In this document: one piece after another, positions 21,569 to 30,833 of the stretch | How positions within the stretch are numbered: position 1 is the first letter of the stretch | Layout of the letters: each line of letters opens with the position of its first letter | NCBI GenBank assembly: GCA_040223695.1 | Contig: JAVKFU010000015.1 | Coordinates: 106,534 to 170,533 of the forward strand | DNA: 64,000 bases | Direction: 5' to 3' | DNA from: Deltaproteobacteria bacterium | GTDB taxonomy: Bacteria; Desulfobacterota_D; UBA1144; Nemesobacterales; UBA2774 | Position numbers and translations under genes: made by a program | Notes under the pieces: generated by a model | Databases searched by the model: none | What the model saw: only the letters and a program-made list of their open reading frames with translations | Told to the model about the DNA's origin: nothing

Positions 21569-22285
21569 CTATCTGGTCTGATGTGTATGATGAGCGTGTT
21601 TATCGCTCGTTGAAGGGATGAAGTGAATGGAGAAATTAACCAGCCCCACAAGAATTAAGATTATCCCCGCTACAACTGTCAGTCTCCTCGGCGCTCTCCG
21701 CATGCCCTTCTTGTATATAAAAGGGAATGCGGATAAGGCGGGTACTGTTCCGAGCCAGAATATGAAGAGTACCGCCGCTCCGTAGAGCGGGCTTTTTGTC
21801 GCTACCGACCCTATTACGAATATGTAGACCCAGCCGCAGGGGATGAATCCGTTTACAATTCCGAGTGTAAGGGACGCCGTTGGCTTGCTCTGCGTTAAGG
21901 ACCATTTTGCCGGGAGCCGGAGGAGTGAAGAGATGAACTTCGCCGGTATCAACTCAAGCGGCTTTCCCGTAATAAGCTTATAGCCTGTATAGATAAGGAA
22001 TGCCGATATTATTATTGCAGAAAATGTAGCTACAACGGGGTAGTTATTTGAGAGAAAAGCTTCCCCCAGGAGTCCCGCAAGTGCGCCGAGCGCCAGGTAG
22101 CTAAACAGCCGCCCTAGGTGATAGAGGCTCAGGTAGCCGAAATTATTGTTCACCGTAACGGCTATGGGCCCGCACATCGTAACACAGTGCGAGCTCCCGA
22201 GCAGGCTCGCTATAAAAACACCCAGCGGCACCGATAAAAAGGACCACTGCGCTATTAAATCATTAAATAAACCTGGGTCCGACAA
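21569..22285 (-). CDS. DsbD_2/UreH-like polytopic membrane protein. It is the last gene of the cco operon.
   Basis: About 6 TM helices with a conserved SSHCVTMCGPI motif characteristic of the cytochrome-biogenesis-like DsbD_2 family. The family assignment is from memory. Confidence 0.5.
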   Translation of the reverse strand: MSDPGLFNDLIAQWSFLSVPLGVFIASLLGSSHCVTMCGPIAVTVNNNFGYLSLYHLGRLFSYLALGALAGLLGEAFLSNNYPVVATFSAIIISAFLIYTGYKLITGKPLELIPAKFISSLLRLPAKWSLTQSKPTASLTLGIVNGFIPCGWVYIFVIGSVATKSPLYGAAVLFIFWLGTVPALSAFPFIYKKGMRRAPRRLTVVAGIILILVGLVNFSIHFIPSTSDKHAHHTHQTR

Positions 22286-23687
22286 GTTTTACGTCCTCGC
22301 CCGTTTTAATTGTATTGTCCTTAGGGTCAATGAAATTGAGTCTTATTGACCGTGTCCCCTGACTGCCCGTAACATCTTGAGGAAACTTTACGAAAAAGTG
22401 GACAGTAGCGTCCTTTCCCGCCTCAAGATTAATTATCTCGTTCTGCGAAACGATCTCGACGTTTTTTTTCTTCCATTCCTGAGGCAGCGTCATCTTGAGG
22501 CTTACATTGTCAAAAGTCTGATTTTTCATGTGCATTTTAAAGTGGTTTATTATTTGCTCGCCCTGCTCGTTTTTAATCACCTGAAAGGGAGAATCCTTGC
22601 CTCTTAGAACGGTGATGATTATATCCTCACGCTTCGATACGGAAAAAACGAGAGCCGCCATTACGGCGGCGAGCAGCACGGTATATATCGCTACTCTCGG
22701 TCTGAACCATTTCGTGGTCAATCTCTCGAGGCTGTTTCCCGTTGCGTATCTGATCAACCCCTTCGGCTTGTCGATCTTTTCCATTACCTCATCACAGGCG
22801 TCTATACAGGCGGTGCAGCCTATGCACTCGAGCTGAAGGCCGTTTCTTATGTCAATCCCCGTGGGACATACCGACACGCACTTATAACAATTTATACAGT
22901 CGCCCTCGGCCTCACCGTGCCCGGTTTTCCCCCTCCGGGGCTCGCCCCTGACCGGGTCGTATGAAACCGTAAGCGAATCGTCGTCCATGAGCACCGACTG
23001 GAACCTGCCGTACGGGCACATTATGATGCAGAACTGCTCCCTGAACCAGCCGAAGTCGAACAGAAAAACCGCTGTCAGAAAGGCCATTATGACAAAGATG
23101 GTCCAGTTCTGCTGCGGGTTGTGCCGGGTCATTTCCACAAGCCTGTCGGCGCCTACAAAATAGGCGAGAAAGCTGTGAGCGATAATCAGGCTCACTATAA
23201 GAAAGAGGGACCAGAGCACAGAGAGTTTAAAGAATTTTTTTATTCCCCAGGGCGCCCTTGCGAGGTTACGCTGCTGGATGTGGCTCCCGATAATCCAGTA
23301 CTCAAGCCTTCTGAATATACCGTCTATAAAAACAGTCTGAGGGCACGCCCATCCGCACCATACCCTTCCCCACACGGCGGTTATGAACGCAAGCCCTATT
23401 GTCAGAAACGCCAGTATAAAAAATATGAGAGGGGCGTCATGCGCGAAAAAAGTGAGACCGAATATAGAAAATTTTCTTTCTCCGATATTGAGGAGCAGGG
23501 CTTGATGTCCCCCGATTTTGATCCACGGAAGAAGGAGGAAAAAGATAACCAGAAAAATCTCGGTTACCGTTCTTGCTTGTCTCCAGAAACCCTTTACCCG
23601 CTCAGGGAATATAAAAACACGCTTGCCGGTCTCGTCCATTGTAGCCGGGCGTTCATCAGGCAGTTGTCTCTGATCCAGTACTTTCAT
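22263..23687 (-). CDS. ccoG: cbb3 oxidase accessory protein CcoG/FixG (membrane-bound 4Fe-4S ferredoxin).
   Basis: Motifs GRVWCGWACPQ and two ferredoxin CxxCxxCxxxCP motifs (CINCYKCVSVCP, CIGCTACIDAC). The start is chosen at the ATG that overlaps the ccoP stop (ATGA). The 39-aa Arg-rich extension in the ORF track is probably spurious. Confidence 0.8.
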   Translation of the reverse strand: MKVLDQRQLPDERPATMDETGKRVFIFPERVKGFWRQARTVTEIFLVIFFLLLPWIKIGGHQALLLNIGERKFSIFGLTFFAHDAPLIFFILAFLTIGLAFITAVWGRVWCGWACPQTVFIDGIFRRLEYWIIGSHIQQRNLARAPWGIKKFFKLSVLWSLFLIVSLIIAHSFLAYFVGADRLVEMTRHNPQQNWTIFVIMAFLTAVFLFDFGWFREQFCIIMCPYGRFQSVLMDDDSLTVSYDPVRGEPRRGKTGHGEAEGDCINCYKCVSVCPTGIDIRNGLQLECIGCTACIDACDEVMEKIDKPKGLIRYATGNSLERLTTKWFRPRVAIYTVLLAAVMAALVFSVSKREDIIITVLRGKDSPFQVIKNEQGEQIINHFKMHMKNQTFDNVSLKMTLPQEWKKKNVEIVSQNEIINLEAGKDATVHFFVKFPQDVTGSQGTRSIRLNFIDPKDNTIKTGEDVKLVGPRFI

Positions 23688-24253
23688 TTGCGCTCTATCT
23701 TCTCTCCCTGAGGAGCTTTCGCCCCGGGGGGATCGGTCCCCTGCAAACCATGTACGTAAACCGCGGTGCTCTCTATTACGTCCGCGGGTATGACGCCTTT
23801 CCACGGAGGCATACCCTTGTCGGGCACACCCTCGTTCACGACGGTAAGTATGGACGATATAGATCCGTCTCCGTGTATCCAGTACTCATCCGTCAGGTTA
23901 GGCCCGATAAGTCCCTGCCCCTTATCCCCGTGGCAGGGCATGCATTTGGCCATGAATTCCGCCTTCCCCTGCTCGGTAACTTCCCGGTTTGTAACCAGAG
24001 CGACCAGGTCCTCTTCGGTTTTTTCCCGGGCGGACCCGAGGGCCTCCTGCTGCTCCTCCCTTATAACACTCATCTCGCTCGCCAGCTCCTCGTCCAGCGT
24101 CGGTCCCCCCATAAACTGATAATAGACGAAATAGATAACCGCGAAAATTATGGTTATATAAAAGGTCGCAAGCCACCAGCCGGGGAGGGGATTATTAAGC
24201 TCTCTTATCCCGTCGTACTCATGATCTTTAATTAATTCGTCTTTTTCGGTCAT
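23684..24253 (-). CDS. ccoP: cbb3-type cytochrome c oxidase subunit CcoP/FixP, apparently mono-haem.
   Basis: CcoP N-terminus (DHEYDGIRELNNPLPGWW), one CMPCHG haem motif and a GMPPW Met-ligand region. It is only 189 aa. Confidence 0.75.
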   Translation of the reverse strand: MTEKDELIKDHEYDGIRELNNPLPGWWLATFYITIIFAVIYFVYYQFMGGPTLDEELASEMSVIREEQQEALGSAREKTEEDLVALVTNREVTEQGKAEFMAKCMPCHGDKGQGLIGPNLTDEYWIHGDGSISSILTVVNEGVPDKGMPPWKGVIPADVIESTAVYVHGLQGTDPPGAKAPQGEKIERK

Positions 24254-24393
24254 TGATTTTCCTCCTTTTTTGGCTCACCCTCATCTTCGAGGGGTAGCAT
24301 CTCCATTTCATGAATCTCCTCTTTCGGTCTCTTGAGAGCCCATATCACAAGAACGACAAATGCCGTTAAAAAGATAATCAGGGCTATTATCAC
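24250..24393 (-). CDS. ccoQ: Small CcoQ-like single-TM subunit. It is below the ORF-track size cut-off.
   Basis: A GTG-initiated 47-codon ORF (IIALIIFLTAFVVLVIWALKRPKEE...) lies between ccoNO and ccoP. Its stop overlaps the ccoP ATG (ATGA). Confidence 0.5.
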   Translation of the reverse strand: MIIALIIFLTAFVVLVIWALKRPKEEIHEMEMLPLEDEGEPKKEENQ

Positions 24394-24422
24394 TATTTCC
24401 GCATTCTGAAAATACGATAGAG

Positions 24423-26585
24423 CTACCTGTTTGATGTCGTTACCTCCTCGGTAGCGGTCTTTTTGCCGAGGCTCTGCAAATAAGCGATAAGCGCGACGAC
24501 CTCGGTGTCCTTTATCAAAGTAAGTGAGGGGTCCTGGCTGAGCAGCTCCTCGTATATTCGGGCAGCCTCCTTTTCCGCGTTTATGTCGGCGTCTGAAACC
24601 TCCCGGTCGTCGTAAGGCACACCCAGCATTTTCATCACGCTGAATTTCTTTCTCAGTATGTGATAATCGATTTTATTTGCCGCGAGCCACGGGTAAGAGG
24701 GCATGATGGAATTGGGCGTAATTTCCCTTGGGTTTATCATATGGCGGAGATGCCACATATCCGGATATTTACCTCCGACCCTGGCAATGTCCGGCCCCGT
24801 TCTTTTTGAGCCCCATTGAAAGGGCCTGTCATACATCGATTCCGCTATAGTGGAGCTTGGACCGTACCTGAGCACATCGAACGGGAGCTTCCTTATCATC
24901 TGCGAGTGGCACACGTAGCACCCCTCCCTGATGTAAATATCCCTTCCCGCGAGCTCAAGCGGCGTGTACGGCTCCGTTTTTTCAGCCGACGGGAGATACT
25001 TGTAGATCGAGAGAGTGGGTATTATTTCGATTACGGAACCCACCGCGATTGATATGAAAAGAAGCACGGTGAAAACGAGGCTAAGCGCCTCAAGTTTTCT
25101 GTGGCCGCTACCGACCGCCGTCGGGTCGGCTGAAAGCGGGGCGGCTTCAACTACGGTGACTTTTTTCTCCCTGGGCGCGTGTTTAATGGTTACCCATACG
25201 TTGTATATGAGCATGAGGAAGCCCGTGAGGAAAAGCGCGCCGCCTGCGAACCTGACCCAGTAAAGAGGCACTATTCTCATCACCGTTTCAACAAAGTCGG
25301 GATATACGAGCTGTCCGTTCTCGCCTATTGCCTGCCACATGAGCCCCTGAGTAATGCCGCTTGCCCACATCGAGATGTAGTACAGAAGAATTCCGAGAAA
25401 TCCTATCCAGAAATGCCAGTTCATGAGTCTCTGGCTCCGCATCTTCGTATTCCAGAGCTTCGGCACCAGGTAGTAGATTATTCCGAAGGTAAGGAACCCG
25501 TTCCATCCGAGTGTGCCGCCGTGCACATGGCCGATTATCCAGTCGGTATAGTGGGCGAGGGAGCTGACCGATTTTATCGACAGTAAAGGGCCTTCGAAGG
25601 TGGACATACCGTAAAAAGTCACTGCCACGGCCAGGAATTTAATAATCGGGTCCGTGCGGAGCTTGTGCCATGCTCCCCTGAGCGTGAGAAGGCCGTTAAT
25701 CATGCCGCCCCAGCTCGGCGCCCAGAGCATTACGCTGAAAATCATGCCGAGGGTCTGCGCCCAGTCGGGAAGCGCGGTATTCAAAAGATGGTGAGGCCCC
25801 GCCCATATGTATATGAAAACGAGGGACCAGAAATGGATGATTGAGAGCTTATAGCTGTAAATAGGCCTGTTGGCTGCTTTGGGCACGTAGTAGTACATCA
25901 GTCCCAGAAACGGCGTCGTGAGGAAAAAAGCGACGGCGTTATGGCCGTACCACCACTGAACGAGAGCGTCCTGTACTCCGGCGTACACAGGATAGCTTTT
26001 AAGAAACGCGACCGGTATTTCGATCGAGTTCACTATATGGAGCAAGGCCACCGTAATAATCGTGGCTATGTAAAACCATATCGCTACGTACAGATGCTTT
26101 ACTCTTCGTATGGCGATTGTTCCGAAAAAATTAGCGGCGAAGACTACCCAGACGACCGCGATTGCCACATCGAGCGGCCACTCAAGCTCAGCGTATTCCT
26201 TACTCATGGTGTAGCCTAAGGGCAGTGTAATCAGCGCGCCTACGATAATAAGCTGCCAGCCCCAGAAATGGAACTTGCTCAGAAAATCGGAGTAGTTACG
26301 TGTTTTAAGGAGCCTCTGCGTAGAGTGATATATGCCCGCGAAGATTATATTTCCGGCAAACGCGAAAATTGCAGCGTTTGTGTGGAGAGGCCTTATCCTC
26401 CCGAACGTAAGCCACGGGATCTCCAGATTTGCCGGCCAGAATGCCAGCTGGAGCGCTGCAAGAAGCCCGACCATAAACGCCGCCGCTCCCCAGAAAATTG
26501 TTGCATAGAGAAACATCTTTACGATTTCATCGTCGTAAACAACCTTCTCCAGAACTGTGGATTTAGGTCCGTTGTCCTGACTCAT
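24423..26585 (-). CDS. ccoNO: cbb3-type cytochrome c oxidase fused subunit I/II (CcoN-CcoO fusion).
   Basis: A 12-TM haem-copper oxidase domain with His ligands, followed by a CcoO-like mono-haem domain (EGCYVCHSQMIRKL...YPDMWHLRHMINPREI). Confidence 0.85.
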   Translation of the reverse strand: MSQDNGPKSTVLEKVVYDDEIVKMFLYATIFWGAAAFMVGLLAALQLAFWPANLEIPWLTFGRIRPLHTNAAIFAFAGNIIFAGIYHSTQRLLKTRNYSDFLSKFHFWGWQLIIVGALITLPLGYTMSKEYAELEWPLDVAIAVVWVVFAANFFGTIAIRRVKHLYVAIWFYIATIITVALLHIVNSIEIPVAFLKSYPVYAGVQDALVQWWYGHNAVAFFLTTPFLGLMYYYVPKAANRPIYSYKLSIIHFWSLVFIYIWAGPHHLLNTALPDWAQTLGMIFSVMLWAPSWGGMINGLLTLRGAWHKLRTDPIIKFLAVAVTFYGMSTFEGPLLSIKSVSSLAHYTDWIIGHVHGGTLGWNGFLTFGIIYYLVPKLWNTKMRSQRLMNWHFWIGFLGILLYYISMWASGITQGLMWQAIGENGQLVYPDFVETVMRIVPLYWVRFAGGALFLTGFLMLIYNVWVTIKHAPREKKVTVVEAAPLSADPTAVGSGHRKLEALSLVFTVLLFISIAVGSVIEIIPTLSIYKYLPSAEKTEPYTPLELAGRDIYIREGCYVCHSQMIRKLPFDVLRYGPSSTIAESMYDRPFQWGSKRTGPDIARVGGKYPDMWHLRHMINPREITPNSIMPSYPWLAANKIDYHILRKKFSVMKMLGVPYDDREVSDADINAEKEAARIYEELLSQDPSLTLIKDTEVVALIAYLQSLGKKTATEEVTTSNR

Positions 26586-26767
26586 TTATCCTTTTCCTCC
26601 TTCGAATCTTGATTTCTTGGTTCGGTCTCGTAATCATCTATTAACATTCTGTGACCGGGGGTCTTGAGGTCGTCCCACTGCCCCTTTCGTGCGGCCCATA
26701 TGAAGGCAAGCAGGAAAATTAACGCCATGGCTATAGAAATTCCAAGCGTCAAGAAAATTATATTCAC
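26582..26767 (-). CDS. ccoS: cbb3 oxidase maturation protein CcoS/FixS.
   Basis: A 61-aa single-TM protein (FLTLGISIAMALIFLLAFIWAARKGQWDDLKTP). Overlaps both neighbours by 4 nt. Confidence 0.75.
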   Translation of the reverse strand: MNIIFLTLGISIAMALIFLLAFIWAARKGQWDDLKTPGHRMLIDDYETEPRNQDSKEEKDK

Positions 26768-29217
26768 GTCTTCGCCACCTTTCTCTTGGTATCGAGAATC
26801 GTCTGTCCGTATAATGTAGAGCCGATCAGAAGCAGCGAGCTTAGCGGCATAAGGACCGCCGCCGCGAGAGGCGTTATAAAGCCCGTCAGCGCGAATCCCC
26901 CCGCAGCTACGTTATAAATTATTGAAAAAACCGTGTTTCTTCTTATGGTTTCGCCAGTCGCATTGCCGTGATCGATAAGGTCCAGAATTGTGAAAAGGTC
27001 GTTGTTGAGTATGTACGCGTCGGATACTTTGAGACTTTCCTCGACGCTCCCCTGTATTGCTACGCTCACGTCGGATGAGGACAGCGCGCCTGCGTCATTC
27101 AGTCCGTCCCCTATCATAAGGGAGTTCCGGTTTTCACTGATTATTCTCGATTTGCCCTCGGGTATTTCCTCCCAGTACGCCTGTGAGTATGGGATTTGAA
27201 GCTTATCGGCCACATGCTTCACATTATTCTCCTTGTCGCCGGAAAGTATGAAAACTTTATACCCCCTCACCACAAGCTCGTTTATTACGAACTTGGCGTC
27301 TTCTTTCAGCGTATCCCCCAGAACTATTTCCGAGACCGGTTTTCCGTCTTTATGGACCACTATTTTAGTAGTGATAATTTCGTTCAGATCGTTTTGGCCG
27401 ATTACACTATTCTCGGACGTTAACCGGTAATGGTGCCCGTCTGCCACGGCTTCAATCCCTTCGGAGTATATGTGTCTGAAATCTCTGACTTCGGGCAGCG
27501 GGTAGTTGTTGTCCTTGAGATGAGCTGTGAGGGTGCGGGCTATCGGATGGTTCGATTTCTTCTCTATTGCGAGGATTGCGGCATAGTCTTTCTCCGAAAG
27601 CTCCCCGGAGTTCCACTTGAGGATTTTGAATACCCCGTTTGTAAGCGTGCCGGTCTTGTCGAAGAAGATTTTTTCGACAGACGGGAGCTTCTCGAAGTTC
27701 CCGGCGTCTTTAATCAGAAATCCCTTGGCCATCCCCGATTTCAGCGACAGTCCGTAGGAAAGCGGCAGTGCGAATACAAAGGCGCAGGGACAGGATATAA
27801 GCGTAAAGGCGATTACCCTTTCTAGCGCCTCGGAAGTATTGTAAAGATATGATATAGTGAAGAACGTAGCCACCGCGGCGATTCCCACTATCAGTGTGAA
27901 GACCGTGGAGTATTTGTCGCTGTATGTCGAGAGGCCGATTTTACCCCTGTAATTGCTTTCGACCTGATCCAGTATCTTCCCGATTCTGGTGGATTTCCCG
28001 GTTTTGGCTACTTTAAGAACCGCTTCGTCAGACTCGAGTATCGAGCCTGCGAATACGCTGTCTTTCCTCCTGACTGTCTCGGGAATGTTCTCGCCCGTAA
28101 GCACGGACAGGTTTAGATCGGCGTTTCGGGATAAAAGCTCGCCGTCAGCCGGAACGCGCTCCCCTTTGTGGAGCTTTATCCTCTGCCCCGGCCTGAGATT
28201 CTCGACGGGCTGATAAAAGAACTGCCGAGCCTTATCATCCCATATAAGAACCCGATTGGATGAAAACAGGCTCCGGCTCACCGGTTCTTTTCGCACTACC
28301 CTGTCCTGTACCGTTTTAAGAAGATATCTGCTTCCGAGAAGGAGAAGCACGAATGCGGTTATCGAGTCAAAATATATCTGGTCGCTTCCGTTAAAGTAGT
28401 TGTAAGCGCTCAGTACGAAACCGATCACGATGACGAACACGATCGGTATATCGACCGTAGCGCGTTTCATTCTGAGTGAGCTCAGTACGCTCTTGTAAAA
28501 GGGATAAGCGCAGTATGTGACCACGGGCAGAGACAGAAGAAGGTTGAGCAGCATAAAGTTCTCCGCAAACACTCCCCCCGCGCCGGAATAGACCGCCGCC
28601 GAAAGGAGCATTATATTTCCTGCGCAAACTGCCGCTACAGATAGTCTTATGAGCGATTTTCTGTTTTCCCGCCGTTTTAATTCCCGCGCCTCCTCATCGA
28701 TCCTTACGGGATGAGCCCTGTAACCGAATTTCTTCGCTATTACGGGGAAGGATGAGAAATTCCGTTCGGGGGTGAAATTAACTGTTGCGGTATTATCGGA
28801 CATGTCGAGCGAGACGGATTCGATTTCAGGGGTGTAATCGGGGATTTTCTCTATCAGCCACAAACATGCCGCACACTCGATTCCCTCCACGTAGAAATTC
28901 ATGGAGAGGGGGCTTTCTGCCGCCGTGTATAATTCGATAAAACTTTTCTGATTCAGGTATTCATAGTTCTCGGTTGATTCCGTATCTATTGGCGCGCCCG
29001 TTTTTCCGATATCCTGGGCGTCTTTGATTTTGTAGTAATTATCCAGGCCGAGAGTGTGCAGAAGCTCATAGACGGACATACATCCCCTGCAGCAGAAATT
29101 CCCGGATTCGGAAACTACCGTGTTCGAGGAATCAAGCTCCTCCCCGCAATGCAGGCAGCGGGCGGATTCCGGTTTGCTTTTGTGAGCGCTGTCTCTGGAA
29201 ACTGTAGTGATTGCCAT
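26764..29217 (-). CDS. ccoI: Copper-translocating P1B-type ATPase CcoI/FixI.
   Basis: N-terminal Cys-rich and HMA-like region (ECAACLW), TM CPC motif (ISCPCAFVFALP), DKTGTLT phosphorylation site and a GDGLNDAGAL hinge. Confidence 0.85.
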   Translation of the reverse strand: MAITTVSRDSAHKSKPESARCLHCGEELDSSNTVVSESGNFCCRGCMSVYELLHTLGLDNYYKIKDAQDIGKTGAPIDTESTENYEYLNQKSFIELYTAAESPLSMNFYVEGIECAACLWLIEKIPDYTPEIESVSLDMSDNTATVNFTPERNFSSFPVIAKKFGYRAHPVRIDEEARELKRRENRKSLIRLSVAAVCAGNIMLLSAAVYSGAGGVFAENFMLLNLLLSLPVVTYCAYPFYKSVLSSLRMKRATVDIPIVFVIVIGFVLSAYNYFNGSDQIYFDSITAFVLLLLGSRYLLKTVQDRVVRKEPVSRSLFSSNRVLIWDDKARQFFYQPVENLRPGQRIKLHKGERVPADGELLSRNADLNLSVLTGENIPETVRRKDSVFAGSILESDEAVLKVAKTGKSTRIGKILDQVESNYRGKIGLSTYSDKYSTVFTLIVGIAAVATFFTISYLYNTSEALERVIAFTLISCPCAFVFALPLSYGLSLKSGMAKGFLIKDAGNFEKLPSVEKIFFDKTGTLTNGVFKILKWNSGELSEKDYAAILAIEKKSNHPIARTLTAHLKDNNYPLPEVRDFRHIYSEGIEAVADGHHYRLTSENSVIGQNDLNEIITTKIVVHKDGKPVSEIVLGDTLKEDAKFVINELVVRGYKVFILSGDKENNVKHVADKLQIPYSQAYWEEIPEGKSRIISENRNSLMIGDGLNDAGALSSSDVSVAIQGSVEESLKVSDAYILNNDLFTILDLIDHGNATGETIRRNTVFSIIYNVAAGGFALTGFITPLAAAVLMPLSSLLLIGSTLYGQTILDTKRKVAKT

Positions 29218-29315
29218 TGTATTGGTATTCTGCTCTTATCGCGAAAATTAGAGCAATAACAATGCCAATTCATACACGAATGATATTGGGATTTAAGCTA
29301 TAGGGCAGATGTCCG

Positions 29316-29335
29316 GTGTCAGATTATAAGACAGT
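29316..29335 (-). promoter_or_regulatory. Candidate promoter/operator of the cco operon. A palindrome embeds a TATAAT -10 box (minus strand CTGTCTTATAATCTGACAC).
   Basis: TGTC-N9-GACA inverted repeat about 100 nt upstream of ccoI. It is 16 of 18 identical to a second copy at 32695..32713. Confidence 0.45.
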
Positions 29336-29631
29336 AAATTTCTTTTGTGATTAAAGATATGACGGGATTATAAATAAAGTTGGTGCAGCCAAATATGCTG
29401 CGGCAAATCGGTTTCGGATAAATAAAGCCCTGTCAGTCAAACTCACTACTCATTAACTAAAAATCAGATAAAGAAACATGATAAAGAATAAACCTATAGA
29501 AATCAGGAACAAAAAAGATGCGAAATTTTGATTTGTTGAATCTTTCATGATGATCTCCTCTTGCTATTCAAATTCCATTATAAAACGATTCCGTGGTCAT
29601 AATCAACACTATTATTAAAATTGCCGAGTTG

Positions 29632-30114
29632 TCAATCGCTTAGCATCTTTTTCATTTTAAACCGCTCGAACCGAAGGCCTTTTCTTAAAGCCGTTTCGGT
29701 TTCGACGATTTCAAAACCCATTTTGAGAAAAAAGGGCTTTGATACCCTGCTGGCCTCGGTGCGAAGTATTATTATACCCGCCGATAGCGAGTGCGCTTCG
29801 AGTTCCCTGTAAATCGCAGTCGCAACCCCGGTTCGTGAATGGCCTTTCATTGTATAGAGTAAGGATATGTGGTCAACGGGGTTAAGGGCGCCGAATGCGA
29901 ACGGGCCGTCGGTGGCCTCGGCGACAAGCGTATATCCCGACTCGAGCAAATTCCCGAACTCCCCGGTCTCATCGGAAAAAGACGCCCAGACCCGGAGCCG
30001 CTCCGGGTCATAGTGTCCTTTGCCGAGCTCTAATACCGAGTCCCTGTAAACTTTGGCCAGTTTATCTATATCGGAGCCGGTGTATTGTCTTATCTTGATT
30101 TCGGAATGAGTCAT
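29632..30114 (-). CDS. GNAT family N-acetyltransferase.
   Basis: GNAT fold motifs. The start is set at the ATG that overlaps the stop of the upstream methyltransferase (ATGA). The ORF track begins 9 codons earlier. Confidence 0.6.
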   Translation of the reverse strand: MTHSEIKIRQYTGSDIDKLAKVYRDSVLELGKGHYDPERLRVWASFSDETGEFGNLLESGYTLVAEATDGPFAFGALNPVDHISLLYTMKGHSRTGVATAIYRELEAHSLSAGIIILRTEASRVSKPFFLKMGFEIVETETALRKGLRFERFKMKKMLSD

Positions 30115-30833
30115 TTTATGCCCGCAAACGCGGCAAAGCATGAGTTTTTATGGAGGACATCCATGACGCGGAATCCGGCCTTCTTCATCAAGTCGAGCTG
30201 ATAGGTTAGGCTTCTCGGTGTGTCCTCTTTGTCTATATATTCGAAGACTTTCTTGCTGTATTCAGGTCCGCCGACCCGTTCGAGATGCCCGGCGTACCCC
30301 TCCAGCATCGCGCCCTGGATTGCATCGTGTTCATGATGTACCAGGTCGCTAACGAAAAATGCGCCCCCGGGCTTTAGAAGACCGTATATTTTCTTGAAGG
30401 AGTTCTCCCAGTCTGCATCGTCTCTCAAGTGGTGCAGCACGGCCGCGGCAATTATAAGGTCGTAATTAGATTGGGGAAGCGCGATTTTCCTGAAATCCCC
30501 CTGGAAAATCCGGACCCGTCCCGCGTTTTCTTTCCCCAGGCGCTCCTTTGCCCGCTCCAGCATCGGCAGGCTGAGGTCCACCAGGTCGCAGTTTATGCCT
30601 CCTTTCAGTCTCAGAATCGCGATAGCATTGTTTCCCGCGCCAGAGCCTATATCGAGAAGCTCCCGTGCGTCGGGTTTTATCCCGACTGCGAGAGTGGATA
30701 TAAGCTCCATCATGAGAGGGGCGTCGATTACCGCTTCCTGGCCCGTATCCAGATTGGAGAAACGCTCGACGTCTGCGTCGAAACGCTCTTTTATCTCATC
30801 GACAGTGGATTTTTTATGCGGAGGCGTTTTCAT
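30111..30833 (-). CDS. Class I SAM-dependent methyltransferase.
   Basis: Motif I LDIGSGAGNNAI, a post-I acidic residue (CDLVDLS) and motif II. Confidence 0.7.
   Translation of the reverse strand: MKTPPHKKSTVDEIKERFDADVERFSNLDTGQEAVIDAPLMMELISTLAVGIKPDARELLDIGSGAGNNAIAILRLKGGINCDLVDLSLPMLERAKERLGKENAGRVRIFQGDFRKIALPQSNYDLIIAAAVLHHLRDDADWENSFKKIYGLLKPGGAFFVSDLVHHEHDAIQGAMLEGYAGHLERVGGPEYSKKVFEYIDKEDTPRSLTYQLDLMKKAGFRVMDVLHKNSCFAAFAGIK

Noticed and set aside
22263-23804. N-terminal extensions in the ORF track: ccoG (+39 aa), ychF 38543.. (+38 aa), argJ ..42296 (+62 aa), the lipoprotein at 36824.. (+40 aa), and probably the sulfurtransferase ..53327 (+32 aa).
   Set aside because: The extensions are basic or low-complexity and lack homology. 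For all but the sulfurtransferase, internal ATGs coincide with family N-termini, with ATGA-type overlaps or with RBSs. The upstream in-frame codons are judged untranslated.
29500-29560. An FNR/anaerobox (TTGAT-N4-ATCAA) was sought upstream of the cco operon. A TTGATTTGTTGAAT sequence was found.
   Set aside because: The second half-site does not match ATCAA. It is not convincing as an FNR site.
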